DNA from: an uncultured delta proteobacterium
Lineage (GTDB): Bacteria > Desulfobacterota > Desulfobacteria > Desulfobacterales > JAHEIW01
Direction of reading: 5' to 3'
Length of the DNA stretch: 64,000 nt
NCBI GenBank assembly: GCA_963706575.1
Contig: CAVPNL010000005.1
Coordinates: 288,001 to 352,000 of the forward strand
This document shows positions 19,336 through 30,055 of the stretch, in pieces. The position numbers and the translations under genes were made by a program. Every line of letters starts with the position of its first letter. The first letter of the stretch is position 1. The notes below the pieces were generated by a model. The model saw only the letters and a program-made list of their open reading frames with translations. It did no database searches and had not been told where the DNA came from.

Positions 19336-21052
19336 AATTCTCATAAAATACCGCCAGCTCGGCGACATTTTCGACACCTTTTCTATGGGGGTGATGGTCG
19401 TGGGGGCGGATCACAAAATCATCTCGTTGAACCATTCCGCCGAACTGATTACCGGTTACAACGAGTCTGATCTGCGCGGTAAATACTGCAACCAAATATT
19501 GCTTGATCCTTTATGCGGTGGTGAGTGTCAGTACTTGGCGGCAGTTGAAAGCAGCCGGCAGGCCAGCAGCGTGGATTTTGAGGTCAGCGATCAAAGTAAT
19601 GACAAGCACAGTATCACCCGGATCGTATCCCCCATTTATGGTTCGGACCACACGCCTCTGGGCTGCATCGAAGTTTTTCAGGATCATACCGTCTTCAAGG
19701 ATCTTCTTGAACGCGTCAGGCATGATGACCGGCGCCTAAAAATCATCCTGGATAACCTTGACCTCGGCGTGTTGACCGTTGATCGTGGGGGTCATATTAC
19801 CTTTTTCAATAACCGGGCTGAAACCATCACCGGATTTAACCGGGGGGATGTCCTGGGAAAATCCTGCAGCATGATCTTTGGTAAAACCGCCAGTCAGGAC
19901 CTGTTGCTGCTTAACGAAACCATTGCCGACGGCCGTGCGCGTTCGACCACCGAAGGAGAGATCAAGACCCGAGAAGGGCAGGCCATTCCCATGCGCGCCA
20001 ATTACATGGCGCTTAAAAATGAAGATGGACGCATTGTCGGTGGCCTGGCAACCGTTGCTGATTTATCGTTGAAGTATCAATTTAACAGCGAAATAAAAGG
20101 CCGCTATACCTTTTATGATATGGTTGGCAAAGATCCGGCCATTCAGAAAATTTTTGAAATTGTGCCCGTAGTGGCTTCAAGCGATGCCACCATCCTGATC
20201 GAAGGCCCGACCGGCACCGGAAAAGATGTTTTAGCGAAGGTCATTCACAACGCCAGTCAGCGTTCAAAAAAGCCGCTGGTCAAAGTAAACTGCGCGGCAT
20301 TGCCGGATAATCTTCTCGAATCAGAGATGTTTGGTTATGTTAAAGGGGCCTTTACCGGAGCAGAAAAGGATAAACCGGGCAGATTCCAGGAAGCAGACGG
20401 CGGGACTATTTTTCTGGATGAAATCGGAGACCTGCCTCTATCGCTGCAGGCCAAGTTGTTGCGGGTGCTGGAAGACAAAGAATTTTATCCCCTGGGCAGC
20501 AGAAAAACCACCAAAGTGGATGTGCGTATCATTTCAGCCACCAACCAAAACCTGGGGCAGCTGGTTGCAGAAAAACGCTTTCGCGAAGATCTTTTCTACC
20601 GGCTGAATGTGATGCGGCTGGATTTGCCCCCTCTGAAAGATAGGAGGGGTGATATTCCGCTTTTAATATCCCATATTTTAAAGCGGCTGTGTGCAACCCG
20701 GGATACGATGGTTGAAAAATTTTCCAACGATGCCATGGAAGTGCTTCTGAATTACGATTATCCCGGAAATGTCAGAGAACTTGAAAACATCATCGAGCAT
20801 GCCCTGATTGTCTGTCAGGATAAAATCATTGAACGAATCCATCTGCCCCTTTCACTCCAGGACGGCATTTCATCTCCGTTGCCGGCAGAAGAAAAACGAC
20901 CGTTTGATAGAGAAATCGAATTCAGCGAGAAAACCCTCATTTTAGATACGCTGAGAAAATACAACTGGAATAAAGGCAAAACCGCCTCGGCCCTCGATAT
21001 CAACCGCACCACCCTGTGGCGTAAGATTAAAAAATACAATATTTCCTATTAA
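19328..21052 (+). CDS. PAS-PAS sigma54-dependent activator with CX8CX3C motif (OrpR-like)
   Basis: GPTGTGKD, GAFTGA, FLDEIG, Fis-type HTH; CNQILLDPLCGGEC in PAS1; ATG 19328 overlaps the upstream gene end. Confidence 0.9.
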   Translation: MNEILIKYRQLGDIFDTFSMGVMVVGADHKIISLNHSAELITGYNESDLRGKYCNQILLDPLCGGECQYLAAVESSRQASSVDFEVSDQSNDKHSITRIVSPIYGSDHTPLGCIEVFQDHTVFKDLLERVRHDDRRLKIILDNLDLGVLTVDRGGHITFFNNRAETITGFNRGDVLGKSCSMIFGKTASQDLLLLNETIADGRARSTTEGEIKTREGQAIPMRANYMALKNEDGRIVGGLATVADLSLKYQFNSEIKGRYTFYDMVGKDPAIQKIFEIVPVVASSDATILIEGPTGTGKDVLAKVIHNASQRSKKPLVKVNCAALPDNLLESEMFGYVKGAFTGAEKDKPGRFQEADGGTIFLDEIGDLPLSLQAKLLRVLEDKEFYPLGSRKTTKVDVRIISATNQNLGQLVAEKRFREDLFYRLNVMRLDLPPLKDRRGDIPLLISHILKRLCATRDTMVEKFSNDAMEVLLNYDYPGNVRELENIIEHALIVCQDKIIERIHLPLSLQDGISSPLPAEEKRPFDREIEFSEKTLILDTLRKYNWNKGKTASALDINRTTLWRKIKKYNISY

Positions 21053-21193
21053 TTTTGATTTCCCATGTCCGTGTTCTGATAATCCCGCTCTGAGGGTATC
21101 ATACCAATCCCGCTGTCATATCCCAAAGATATTGCTGAAAATGAATCAAAAGATAGAATAGCGCATTAAAATGATGCATAATGATGCATTGAG

Positions 21194-21358
21194 TGTTGCA
21201 TTTCATTGCAATCATTCTTTTTATGTTGTTTAAGATCAAATAAAAATTATAACTTACTATAAATATTAAATAATAAGTTATAAGTGCACATAATTACTCG
21301 CATAATTAGAACCGTTAATCGATCCCACTAGGCAAACTGGTGTTGCATTTATGCAACG
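21194..21358. promoter_or_regulatory. Candidate enhancer (UAS) palindromes TGTTGCA-N4/6-TGCAAC
   Basis: TGTTGCAtttcatTGCAATCA (21194) and TGTTGCAtttaTGCAACG (21341), 100-270 nt upstream of a sigma54 site. Confidence 0.6.
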
Positions 21359-21457
21359 TTTGTCTCAGCCATTTTATCCTAACCATCAGGTCAGCTTTAT
21401 ATTTAACATATTAAAATTATTATTTAATTTAATATTTTGGTTTCAAAAAAGACTTTC

Positions 21458-21473
21458 TGGCACGTTTGATGCT
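21458..21473 (+). promoter_or_regulatory. Sigma54 promoter of the usp-tmc operon
   Basis: TGGCACGTTTGATGCT (GG-N10-GC). Confidence 0.75.
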
Positions 21474-21552
21474 CAGGGTATTGACAGGCAGTTGATCAAA
21501 TCGATCAAAACAGAAACCATAAACCGCAGGTTGCAACAATTGAGAGACCGCC

Positions 21553-22086
21553 ATGAATGCTGTTACCCTAAAAAAAGATGGCGCCATTAACCTCAACGGA
21601 AAAACAGTGGCAACTGAGGCGCTCGATTTACTCAGCTGCCAGATCGCGCTTGAAGACGTTTACACCCTGAGAAGTTTCTTTAAGATGCTAAATAAATATA
21701 CGCTGCTTGCAAAGCTGAATGCTTTTTCTCCCTCCTCTATCGAGCAGTACGATAGCTGTCCGGAACAGGGATGCGATGCGGGTTTGCTCGACTATCTTGA
21801 ATTCGGCAAAACGGTCGAGATGATCGGCGTTCCGGACAAGCGCCTGGAGATCTACAACTCTCTTTTTGGCGTCCAGGCCGGGGAGACCACTGAGATTAAG
21901 TCCATGCAGTTAGCCAGTCTGCTGGATTTACCGCTCAAGCTCGGCAAACTGAAACACATCGTTTTCGGAGACCGCGTCGACATCTTCGAATTTGACACGG
22001 TGTACACGCTGTTTGAATTCATCGATGGGATTGCGTGGCAACTGGGCTTCCACGCCACCCCGGAACAATGCGAGTTAAGGAGGTAA
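21553..22086 (+). CDS. Hypothetical protein, first gene of the tmc operon
   Basis: 177-aa ORF directly after the sigma54 promoter and tightly coupled to the usp gene. Confidence 0.65.
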   Translation: MNAVTLKKDGAINLNGKTVATEALDLLSCQIALEDVYTLRSFFKMLNKYTLLAKLNAFSPSSIEQYDSCPEQGCDAGLLDYLEFGKTVEMIGVPDKRLEIYNSLFGVQAGETTEIKSMQLASLLDLPLKLGKLKHIVFGDRVDIFEFDTVYTLFEFIDGIAWQLGFHATPEQCELRR

Positions 22087-22089
22087 GCT

Positions 22090-23013
22090 ATGTTTAAAAA
22101 AATCCTTTTTGCCACAACGGCTTCCCCCACCTGCGATAATGCCGCCAAGGTGGCCTTTGATCTGGAATTGAAATGGGACGCGAAGCTTTATGTCTTTCAC
22201 GTACTGGGCATCCCGAGTCGCGGTTATAGCCCATTTGTTACCGACGTGAGAACCGGTGAGCTCATGGAGCCGGATGCGGATTATATCGAGTGGGTCAGAG
22301 AAGAAATGAAAAACACCTACGGCGCATTGCTGGCCGACAGTGAAAATTCCGTGATTGAAGCTGCCGTCGGGGTCCCCTACCGGGAAATCCTAAGAAAGGC
22401 CCGCAAGGAAGACATTGATCTCATCATTATGGGGGCGCATACCCGGCAGGAGGATGTCGGTGCGACGCGCTACCGCAGCATCGTTGGAAGTACGATGCAA
22501 AAGGTCGCCAAATCCGCCCGCTGCCCGGTGGTTATCATCAGCCGGCCGTGCACCACCTGTTGGAAGTTGTTTTCCAATATTGTTTTCGGAACCGATTTTT
22601 CCAAGGCCGCGGATTATGCTTATAAGTGGGCTTACGGCTTAGCCAAACAAGTCGGTGCCAAGCTGCATCTTTTTCACGCCTGCGATATCAACACGAGCGC
22701 GGCCGGAGTGGTGATGGGGCAAGCGGAGATTGAAAATCAGATTCAAACGGCCAAGCAAAAGATAGAAAAGCGCTATATCGCCAAGATGAATGGATATGAC
22801 AATTTTGAAGTCGAAGTCCGTGAAGGAATTCCGTATGTTGAAATATTGAAGTTCGCTCGTGAAAAGACAGGCGATCTCATTGTTATGGCCCATCATACCC
22901 GGGAGATCGATCCCGAAAAAGCGGTATTGGGAAGCACGGTCGAGCAGGTGGTGTTGCGATCCGCCTGCCCGGTGGCCAGCGTTAATCATCCTGACAAAGT
23001 CGCTGATCTATAA
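22090..23013 (+). CDS. Tandem-domain universal stress protein
   Basis: Two USP repeats (KILFAT...DLIIMG...GST; NIVFGTDFS...DLIVMA...LGSTVEQV). Confidence 0.9.
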   Translation: MFKKILFATTASPTCDNAAKVAFDLELKWDAKLYVFHVLGIPSRGYSPFVTDVRTGELMEPDADYIEWVREEMKNTYGALLADSENSVIEAAVGVPYREILRKARKEDIDLIIMGAHTRQEDVGATRYRSIVGSTMQKVAKSARCPVVIISRPCTTCWKLFSNIVFGTDFSKAADYAYKWAYGLAKQVGAKLHLFHACDINTSAAGVVMGQAEIENQIQTAKQKIEKRYIAKMNGYDNFEVEVREGIPYVEILKFAREKTGDLIVMAHHTREIDPEKAVLGSTVEQVVLRSACPVASVNHPDKVADL

Positions 23014-23058
23014 GTCTTCAATTTCAGCAACGGTCATAGTCAGGGATGGAGTTTGTAT

Positions 23059-23454
23059 ATGAAAAAGAAAACGGTTCTTATCGTCGAAGATGAATTGGAT
23101 ATGAGAATTTTCATATCCACCCTGCTTGAAACCAGCGGATATCAACCGATTATGACCCGAGATGGAACCGAAGGCCTGCTCAAAGCCAAAGACATTAGAC
23201 CGGATCTGATCATTTTAGATGTGATGATGCCCGGAGAGGGCGGAGTTCAGATGTACCGGCAGCTAAAAACCGATAAGACCCTGTGTGACATACCGGTGAT
23301 CATGCTTTCAGCCGTGACCCGCAAAACATTTGCCCATTATTTAAATATGGTCAACGCACGGCTGAAAGATGCCATACCGGATCCGGACGCCTATATCGAA
23401 AAACCGCCGGAAGCAGAAGATTTGCTGAAAATGACCACCGCTCTCATCGGTTAG
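23059..23454 (+). CDS. Single-domain response regulator
   Basis: IVEDE, ILDVMMP, EKP; paralog of 15482 and 42213. Confidence 0.88.
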   Translation: MKKKTVLIVEDELDMRIFISTLLETSGYQPIMTRDGTEGLLKAKDIRPDLIILDVMMPGEGGVQMYRQLKTDKTLCDIPVIMLSAVTRKTFAHYLNMVNARLKDAIPDPDAYIEKPPEAEDLLKMTTALIG

Positions 23455-23523
23455 CATCATCTTTACCAAAGCGGGCTACACAGGGTGGTCCTAAAGCCAA
23501 ACCAAGCAAAGAGGAGTCGATCA

Positions 23524-24783
23524 ATGCTTACACGAATTGACTGGGATTGGGAGCCCGGCAGCAGAGATATTGCGAATATCAGCCAGTGGCAAAGAAAGTT
23601 TAACTGGGTCGAGGAACCCTATGCCAGTCCGAATGGTGAAAAAATAGCCGCCATTGTTAACCTGGCAGAAGGCGAATTCAATGTCTGTGTTAACGGTGAT
23701 ACCTGGCAGACGGTTTTTGATAAAATCTGGAATCTGCGGTTTGCGCCCGATGGCCGGCTAACTGCCATTGTGTCTGAAACGGGTGAATGGACCGTGGCGG
23801 TGGACGGCACACCCTGGGATAATAGATTCGGATATGTCTGGAATCTGATGTTTAGCCCCGACGGGAACAACATCGCTGTCGCGGTGCAGCAGGATATGGC
23901 TTACGGCATGGCGTTAAATAACGCCGTCTGGGAGGAAACCTTTTCCAATATGACCCACCCCACCCTCAGTCCGGACGGCACCCGGACCGCAGCCGCCGTT
24001 CAGGTGGCCGATTTTGGCGAAGGCGAAATTCATAAATTCCAGGAGGGCGTTTTCAGCGCTGCCCTGGACGGCACACCCTGGGACACGCAGTTTGTCAATG
24101 TCTGGGAAATGGCCATTAGCGCTGACGGCCAAAAACTGGCGGCCGAGGTCCGGCTCAATCTTTACGATTATACGATTGCCGTCAATGGAATACCCTGGGA
24201 ACAAACCTTTGATTGTGTCTGGCAGCCGATTTTTCATCCGCAGAACGGTGCCGTGATCGCTCCCGTCAGGACCGGTGGCGGTTGGTTTCTGGCGCAGGAC
24301 GGACAGATTATCTGGGATCGGAAATTCGTGCAGCTCTGGCATCCGATGGTCAGCAAAAACAGCAAAAAACTGGCGGCCATCGTTGCGCCCAAATATGGCA
24401 AATGGACCATCGCGGTCGACGGCAAGCCCTGGTCCGTTTTATTTGGGGATTTGCTGACGGATCCGGTTTTTAGCCCCGATGGCAACCGGGTAGCGGCGGT
24501 CGCCAAAAATGATGGGCACTGGCGGGTTGTCGTCGACGGCGTGGTTTGGCAAAATACTTTTGATCGCGTCTGGCCGCCGGTCTTCAGCGCCGGCAGCGAA
24601 GCGGTTGCCGTGAAAATCGAAAGAAACGGTAAATACAGTATCGCCCTAAATGATCGCGTATGGGATCAAGCGTGCGATGCCATCTGGGATCCCGTATTCA
24701 GCCCTGAGGGCGATAAAATTTTGCTGCGGACTTTGCAGGATGGCATCTATATGCGCAGCGTTTTATCCGTCGAAGATATTTGA
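23524..24783 (+). CDS. tmcD: Tmc complex subunit D (Trp-rich beta-propeller-like repeats)
   Basis: Repeated FSPDG...AA...WTVAVDGxPW units; lies directly upstream of tmcCBA; GAGGAG RBS. Confidence 0.8.
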   Translation: MLTRIDWDWEPGSRDIANISQWQRKFNWVEEPYASPNGEKIAAIVNLAEGEFNVCVNGDTWQTVFDKIWNLRFAPDGRLTAIVSETGEWTVAVDGTPWDNRFGYVWNLMFSPDGNNIAVAVQQDMAYGMALNNAVWEETFSNMTHPTLSPDGTRTAAAVQVADFGEGEIHKFQEGVFSAALDGTPWDTQFVNVWEMAISADGQKLAAEVRLNLYDYTIAVNGIPWEQTFDCVWQPIFHPQNGAVIAPVRTGGGWFLAQDGQIIWDRKFVQLWHPMVSKNSKKLAAIVAPKYGKWTIAVDGKPWSVLFGDLLTDPVFSPDGNRVAAVAKNDGHWRVVVDGVVWQNTFDRVWPPVFSAGSEAVAVKIERNGKYSIALNDRVWDQACDAIWDPVFSPEGDKILLRTLQDGIYMRSVLSVEDI

Positions 24784-24801
24784 CGCTAAAGAGGGGGGTG
24801 C

Positions 24802-25461
24802 ATGAACACGATATACAATTTTGTGAGTGGCCCGTTAGCCTGGCTGGCATTTATTCTTTTCATCGGCGGCAGCCTTTACCGGCTCATAAGCCTGATGGTG
24901 CTGGTCCATAAAAAAGAAAAATTTATTTACTCTTACATGAGCTTGAAATACGGCCTGCGTTCCATTCTTCGCTGGAGTACGCCCTTTGCCACCGAAAATA
25001 TGCGAAGGCATCCGGCGTTGACGATCGCCACCTTTGCCTTTCACATCTGCCTGATACTGACGCCGATTTTTTTACTGGCACATGTGACCCTGATCGATGA
25101 ATCCTGGAACCTCAGCTGGTGGACGCTGCCCGACGGTGCGGCGGAGATCATGACCTTGATCGTTATTGCCGCTTGTGTTTTTTTCCTTGTACGGCGCTTG
25201 GTCAATCCGGAAGTTCAATATGTCACCTCAGCATCGGATTATATTATCCTGGGTATCGTGGCGGCACCGTTTATTACCGGATTTTTGGCCTATTACCAGT
25301 GGTTTGGGTATCAGGTATTTCTGATTCTGCATATCCTTTCAGGAGAAGTTATGCTGGTGGCCATTCCGTTTACGCGGTTGAGCCACATGCTGTTTGCACC
25401 GCTGACCCGGGCTTATATGGGCTCGGAATTCGGGGGGATCAGGCATGCTAAAGACTGGTAA
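24802..25461 (+). CDS. tmcC: Tmc complex membrane cytochrome b subunit (NarI-like)
   Basis: Five TM helices with His ligands (FHI, AHV, LHI, SHM) and IPFTRLSH. Confidence 0.85.
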   Translation: MNTIYNFVSGPLAWLAFILFIGGSLYRLISLMVLVHKKEKFIYSYMSLKYGLRSILRWSTPFATENMRRHPALTIATFAFHICLILTPIFLLAHVTLIDESWNLSWWTLPDGAAEIMTLIVIAACVFFLVRRLVNPEVQYVTSASDYIILGIVAAPFITGFLAYYQWFGYQVFLILHILSGEVMLVAIPFTRLSHMLFAPLTRAYMGSEFGGIRHAKDW

Positions 25462-25470
25462 GTGCAAAGA

Positions 25471-25570
25471 TGAATATCGAATATCGAACAAGGAATGTAG
25501 AAGTAAGAAGTATTTTGGTTCGTCAATACTTCGACATTCATAATTCCTTGTTCGGTGTTCTGCGGTTCAA
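25471..25570. repeat. Inverted 7-mer repeat hairpin between tmcC and tmcB
   Basis: GAATATCGAATATCGAACAAGGAAT ... ATTCCTTGTTCGGTGTTC. Confidence 0.65.
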
Positions 25571-25602
25571 CTAAAACAGATTAAACAAAAGGAATTGAGA
25601 CA

Positions 25603-26940
25603 ATGGCTGAGCCTGCAAAGCAAATTGAAAGGAAAATCGTGGATGAAGGCCTGGAAGTCGGTGTACAAAATCTGACCGAAGAACGGATCACAAAAGTGAT
25701 CAACCGCGTTTTAAAGGGTGAATCCGGCGCGCGCCTCAAAGCCTATGTCAATACCTGTATCCACTGCGGTCTGTGTTCCGAAGCCTGCCACTATTATCTT
25801 TCCCACGATAATAACCCGCAATATTCACCGGTGGGGAAAGTCAAACAAACCCTGTGGGAAATGCTAAAAACCAAAGGCAAAGTCAGTGCCGATTTTATCA
25901 AAAGAGCCTCTCTGATTGCCTCCACGGAGTGCAACGCCTGTAAGCGCTGTGCCATGTATTGTCCCTTTGGAATTGATATCGCCTACATGATGCTTACCGT
26001 AAGGCGCATCTGTCATCTACTGGGCGTAACCCCACTGTATATTCAAGATACGGCCCACAGTCATGCGGTTACCATGAACCAGATGTGGGTCAAAGATGAC
26101 GAGTGGATTGATACCCTGCAGTGGCAGGAAGAAGAGGCCCAGGACGAAATCCCCACCCTGCGGATCCCGCTTGAAAAAGAAGGGGCAGATATCATGTATT
26201 CGGTCATCGGCCCGGAACCCAAATTCCAGGCCCAGCTGATTTATCAGGCCGCGGTCATTATGGATGTGGCCGGTGTCAACTGGACAATGCCTGCCACCCC
26301 CGGCTGGGATAATAGCGATATGGCCATGTATACCGGCGACAATGAAATTATGGGGCGCGTAAAGCGGACTCATTTCGAAACCGCTCTTCGATTAAGGGTT
26401 AAACGGATTGTCATGGGTGAATGCGGCCATGCGTTTCGCTCGGTTTATGATATGGGCAACCGCTGGCTGGGATGGCGCATGCCCCCCATACCCGTCGTGC
26501 ATGCCATTGATTTCTACTATGAATTGATCAAAGACAAAAAGATCACGATTGCTGAAAAATTTAAAGAGCCCGTTACCCTGCACGATCCGTGTAATGTGAT
26601 TAGGGGCGGCGGTCTGGCAGAAAAGGCCCGCTATGTGGTCAATGCCATCTGTGAACAACTGATCGAGATGCACCCCAACCGCGAACACAATTACTGCTGC
26701 TGCGCCGGCGGTGGGGTCATCAATTGCGGGCCGCCTTACAAAAACACCCGCATGGATGGCAACCGCATTAAGGCCGAACAGTTATTTGCGGCCAAATCCA
26801 GGGGCGCCAAGATACTGATCGCGCCCTGTCACAATTGCCACAGCGGCCTTGAAGATATCAACCATCACTATGGCCTCGGTTATGACATTAAATTTATCAG
26901 CGATATTCTTTATGATGTTATGGAAAAGGAGACCGCATGA
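25603..26940 (+). CDS. tmcB: Tmc complex Fe-S/CCG-domain subunit
   Basis: [44 protein letters not shown]. Confidence 0.88.
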   Translation: MAEPAKQIERKIVDEGLEVGVQNLTEERITKVINRVLKGESGARLKAYVNTCIHCGLCSEACHYYLSHDNNPQYSPVGKVKQTLWEMLKTKGKVSADFIKRASLIASTECNACKRCAMYCPFGIDIAYMMLTVRRICHLLGVTPLYIQDTAHSHAVTMNQMWVKDDEWIDTLQWQEEEAQDEIPTLRIPLEKEGADIMYSVIGPEPKFQAQLIYQAAVIMDVAGVNWTMPATPGWDNSDMAMYTGDNEIMGRVKRTHFETALRLRVKRIVMGECGHAFRSVYDMGNRWLGWRMPPIPVVHAIDFYYELIKDKKITIAEKFKEPVTLHDPCNVIRGGGLAEKARYVVNAICEQLIEMHPNREHNYCCCAGGGVINCGPPYKNTRMDGNRIKAEQLFAAKSRGAKILIAPCHNCHSGLEDINHHYGLGYDIKFISDILYDVMEKETA

Positions 26941-27320
26941 TGAAAAAGGGAATATTCCTCCTGATGGCTCCCCTGCTTGTTGGTATTTTACTGATACCCG
27001 CATTTTCACAGGAAGACATGGAAGTGGTGGATAATGAAGGGTTTAGCAAAAAACAGCGTCCGCCGGCTGTTTTCCGACATGATGAACACAACGAGAAAGC
27101 TGAAATAGAAGATTGTCGTGAATGCCACCATATTTATGAAGATGGAGAGAAATTGGAAGACGAGTCATCGGAAGACCAAAGTTGTTCTGATTGCCATGAC
27201 GAAAAAAGCAGGGATCAGAAACCGGGTTTGAGAAAGGCCTTTCATACAAACTGCAAAGGGTGTCACCGCACAAAAAACCAAGGACCTGTTATGTGCGGCA
27301 AATGCCATGTCAGGAATTAG
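26937..27320 (+). CDS. tmcA: Acidic tetraheme cytochrome c3
   Basis: Signal peptide, FRHDEH and four heme motifs (CRECHH, CSDCH, CKGCH, CGKCH). Confidence 0.88.
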   Translation: MMKKGIFLLMAPLLVGILLIPAFSQEDMEVVDNEGFSKKQRPPAVFRHDEHNEKAEIEDCRECHHIYEDGEKLEDESSEDQSCSDCHDEKSRDQKPGLRKAFHTNCKGCHRTKNQGPVMCGKCHVRN

Positions 27321-27492
27321 AAGTTATTTGTTATGGGTTGATCGTTCGCAAGGGACAAACTCGGTTGATGTTTGCTCTCAATTGCCAAATTATAGTATAA
27401 AAAAATTGATAAATTCTAATGACGAATAACAAATAACGATTAACTCCGGATCGAGTGCTTGAACTCGATCCGGCCTGAAAGAGAGGAAAGCC

Positions 27493-27843
27493 ATGCCCAA
27501 GAAGATTTTGATTGTTGACGATGATCCGGCGATTGTCAAATATCTGAAGGCTGTATTTAGCGACAATGGATATGCAACCTGCAGTGCCTCGAGCAGCATG
27601 GAAGGGCTGGATGTTGTCAGAACCGAAAAACCGGATCTGATCTGCCTTGATTTACAGATGCCCGGTGAATGGGGCCCCCGGTTTTACCGCAAGCTCAGAA
27701 AAGATAAAGTGTTAAGGGATACACCGGTTATCGTGGTCAGCGGGATTGACGGTGACCATGCCATTAAAGATGCGGTGGCCTTTGTTAAAAAACCCTTTGA
27801 TCCGGAGAAACTGATAGGCATTGTTAAAAATACAATCGGCTAA
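27493..27843 (+). CDS. Single-domain response regulator (DVU0259-like)
   Basis: IVDDD, CLDLQMPGEWGPRFYR, KKPF. Confidence 0.88.
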   Translation: MPKKILIVDDDPAIVKYLKAVFSDNGYATCSASSSMEGLDVVRTEKPDLICLDLQMPGEWGPRFYRKLRKDKVLRDTPVIVVSGIDGDHAIKDAVAFVKKPFDPEKLIGIVKNTIG

Positions 27844-28044
27844 AACCTATCTCAAAAATGCATCTAAGCGCCCAGGGCCGCGTTGCCCCGCGAATTGAAA
27901 TACTCACCTACTCCGTGTACGCTCGGACAAACGGGTTTCAATTCGCGGGACGCCTTGATGCATACAATAACTTTTTAAGATAAGATATGTAATCCCGCTA
28001 TCGCGGGGCCCTGAACCCTTAGCCACAGTTTTGAGATAGGTTTT
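27841..28044. mobile_element. MITE-like element with termini related to the 3571 element
   Basis: AAAACCTATCTCAAAA (27842-27857) and TTTTGAGATAGGTTTT (28029-28044); internal hairpin CCCGCGAATTGAAA...TTTCAATTCGCGGG. Confidence 0.6.
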
Positions 28045-28108
28045 CGAAAATCATCGGGTTTCATAGAACAGTGTAGACCATCGAGTTTGCTTTTTTTGGA
28101 TGATAACT

Positions 28109-30055
28109 ATGGATAAGAAACTTTTACTCGTCGATGATGAAGAAGGTATTCGCAAAGTCCTCGGCATTGCATTATCCGACGCCGGATATACGGTTTTTAC
28201 CGCAAAAAATGGTGCAGAAGCCCTCGAAATCTTCCGCAAAGAAATCCCGCCGATTGTCCTGACCGATATAAAAATGCCGGGAATGGACGGCATCCAACTA
28301 TTGCAAAAGATAAAACATGAAAACCCCGATACCGAGGTCATCATGATCACCGGTCATGGGGATATGGACCTGGCCATTAAAAGCCTCAAGTATCAGGCCA
28401 TTGATTTTGTCACCAAACCGATCAACGATGATGTTTTAGAAATTGCACTCAACCGGGCGCACGAAAAGATCCGCATGCGTCAGCAGCTGCGGGAATACAC
28501 TGAAAACCTTGAAACCCTGGTCAGTGAAAAATCAGCAAAGCTGATAGAAGTCGAACGTCAGGTTGCCGTCGGCCAGGCGGTTGAAGGTCTGTCTTCAGCC
28601 ATGCGCAATATTGCCGGGGACCTGGAAGGGGGGTTGACCTATTTCAACGAAATGCCATGCTTTGTCTCGGTTCACAATCCCAAGTTAAAGATTATTGCGG
28701 TAAACCCCCTGTATAAGGAACGTCTGGGGGATAAGGTCGGTCATAACAGTTGGGATGTTTATACGGCGAAAAGCGGTGCCGGGTTCACCTGCCCTGCTGA
28801 AAAGACATTTAAAACCGGCAAAGGCCTGCGAACGAAAGCAACCGTTAATACTGCAAATGGTGATAAGGCTCCGGTGATCGTGCACACCGCACCGATTCGC
28901 AATCAGGACGGTGCGGTGGAACTGGTCGTAGAGATATCGGCTGATATTACCGAAGTCAAGCGTCTGCGGGAAGAATTGCACCGCACCCAGCAGCGCTACC
29001 AGCAGCTTTTTGATGAAGTGCCCTGTTATATATCGGTTCAGGATCGGCAGTTCCAGCTGACGGCAACCAACCGACGGTTTAAAGAAGATTTTGACGTCGA
29101 AATCGGTGCCTTCTGTCATGAAGTTTACAAGCATCGGGGTGAGCCCTGCCCCAACTGCCCGGTTGCCAAAACATTTGAAGACGGGCAGTCCCACCAGACA
29201 GAAATGGTGGTCACCGCCAAAACCGGTGAGCAATACAACGTGTTGATCTGGACGGCGCCGTTAAGGAATCCGGCCGGAGAGATCACCCACGTCATGGAAA
29301 TGTCCACTAACATTACCGAGATTCGCAAGCTGCAAGATAATCTGTCATCCTTGGGGTTGAAAATTAGCTCGATCTCACACGGCATCAAAGGCATGCTGAC
29401 GGGCCTGGACGGTGGTATGTATTTGATGGAGACTGGTTTTGCCGAAGCAAAACCCGAAAGAGTCGAAGCGGGTTGGGAGGATTTAAAAACCATCGTCAGA
29501 CGCATCCGCAAGTTGGTTCAAAATATCCTGTTTTTTGCCAAGGAAAGAGAGTTGAAACGCGATCGTGTCGATGTATTGAACTTCGTTGAAGATGTGGCTT
29601 CAACGGTTGAACCCAAAATAAAAGCTGACGGAATCGAATTAGTCCGTGACTTCGACACCCTGCCGGCAGAGATTGAAATTGATGCCGGCGTTTTGCGCCT
29701 GGCGTTGATCAATATTTTGGAAAACGCGTTAGACGCTTGTGCCGAAGATGCTGCCCGCAAGCGTCATAAGATCGTTTTCAGCGTTCAAGGGGACGATAAT
29801 CAGATTAGATTTGAAATAAAGGACAATGGCATCGGAATGGATCGGGAGACGCGTGAAAGTTTGTTCACGCTGTTTTTTTCATCTAAAGGCAACAAAGGAA
29901 CGGGCCTCGGGCTTTTTATTGCCGACAAAATTATTGATCAGCACGGCGGTAAAATAGCTGTAGCGTCCAGTCCCGGTCAGGGATCAAACTTTAAAATTAC
30001 GATTCCGGGATCTGTTCGAAACGACATCCGGAATCCCAAGGAGAAAACCGAATGA
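28109..30055 (+). CDS. Receiver-PAS-PAS-histidine kinase hybrid
   Basis: LVDDE, LTDIKMP receiver; two PAS domains (second with C..YKH..CPNCP); SHGIKG H-box; GTGLGL. Confidence 0.9.
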   Translation: MDKKLLLVDDEEGIRKVLGIALSDAGYTVFTAKNGAEALEIFRKEIPPIVLTDIKMPGMDGIQLLQKIKHENPDTEVIMITGHGDMDLAIKSLKYQAIDFVTKPINDDVLEIALNRAHEKIRMRQQLREYTENLETLVSEKSAKLIEVERQVAVGQAVEGLSSAMRNIAGDLEGGLTYFNEMPCFVSVHNPKLKIIAVNPLYKERLGDKVGHNSWDVYTAKSGAGFTCPAEKTFKTGKGLRTKATVNTANGDKAPVIVHTAPIRNQDGAVELVVEISADITEVKRLREELHRTQQRYQQLFDEVPCYISVQDRQFQLTATNRRFKEDFDVEIGAFCHEVYKHRGEPCPNCPVAKTFEDGQSHQTEMVVTAKTGEQYNVLIWTAPLRNPAGEITHVMEMSTNITEIRKLQDNLSSLGLKISSISHGIKGMLTGLDGGMYLMETGFAEAKPERVEAGWEDLKTIVRRIRKLVQNILFFAKERELKRDRVDVLNFVEDVASTVEPKIKADGIELVRDFDTLPAEIEIDAGVLRLALINILENALDACAEDAARKRHKIVFSVQGDDNQIRFEIKDNGIGMDRETRESLFTLFFSSKGNKGTGLGLFIADKIIDQHGGKIAVASSPGQGSNFKITIPGSVRNDIRNPKEKTE

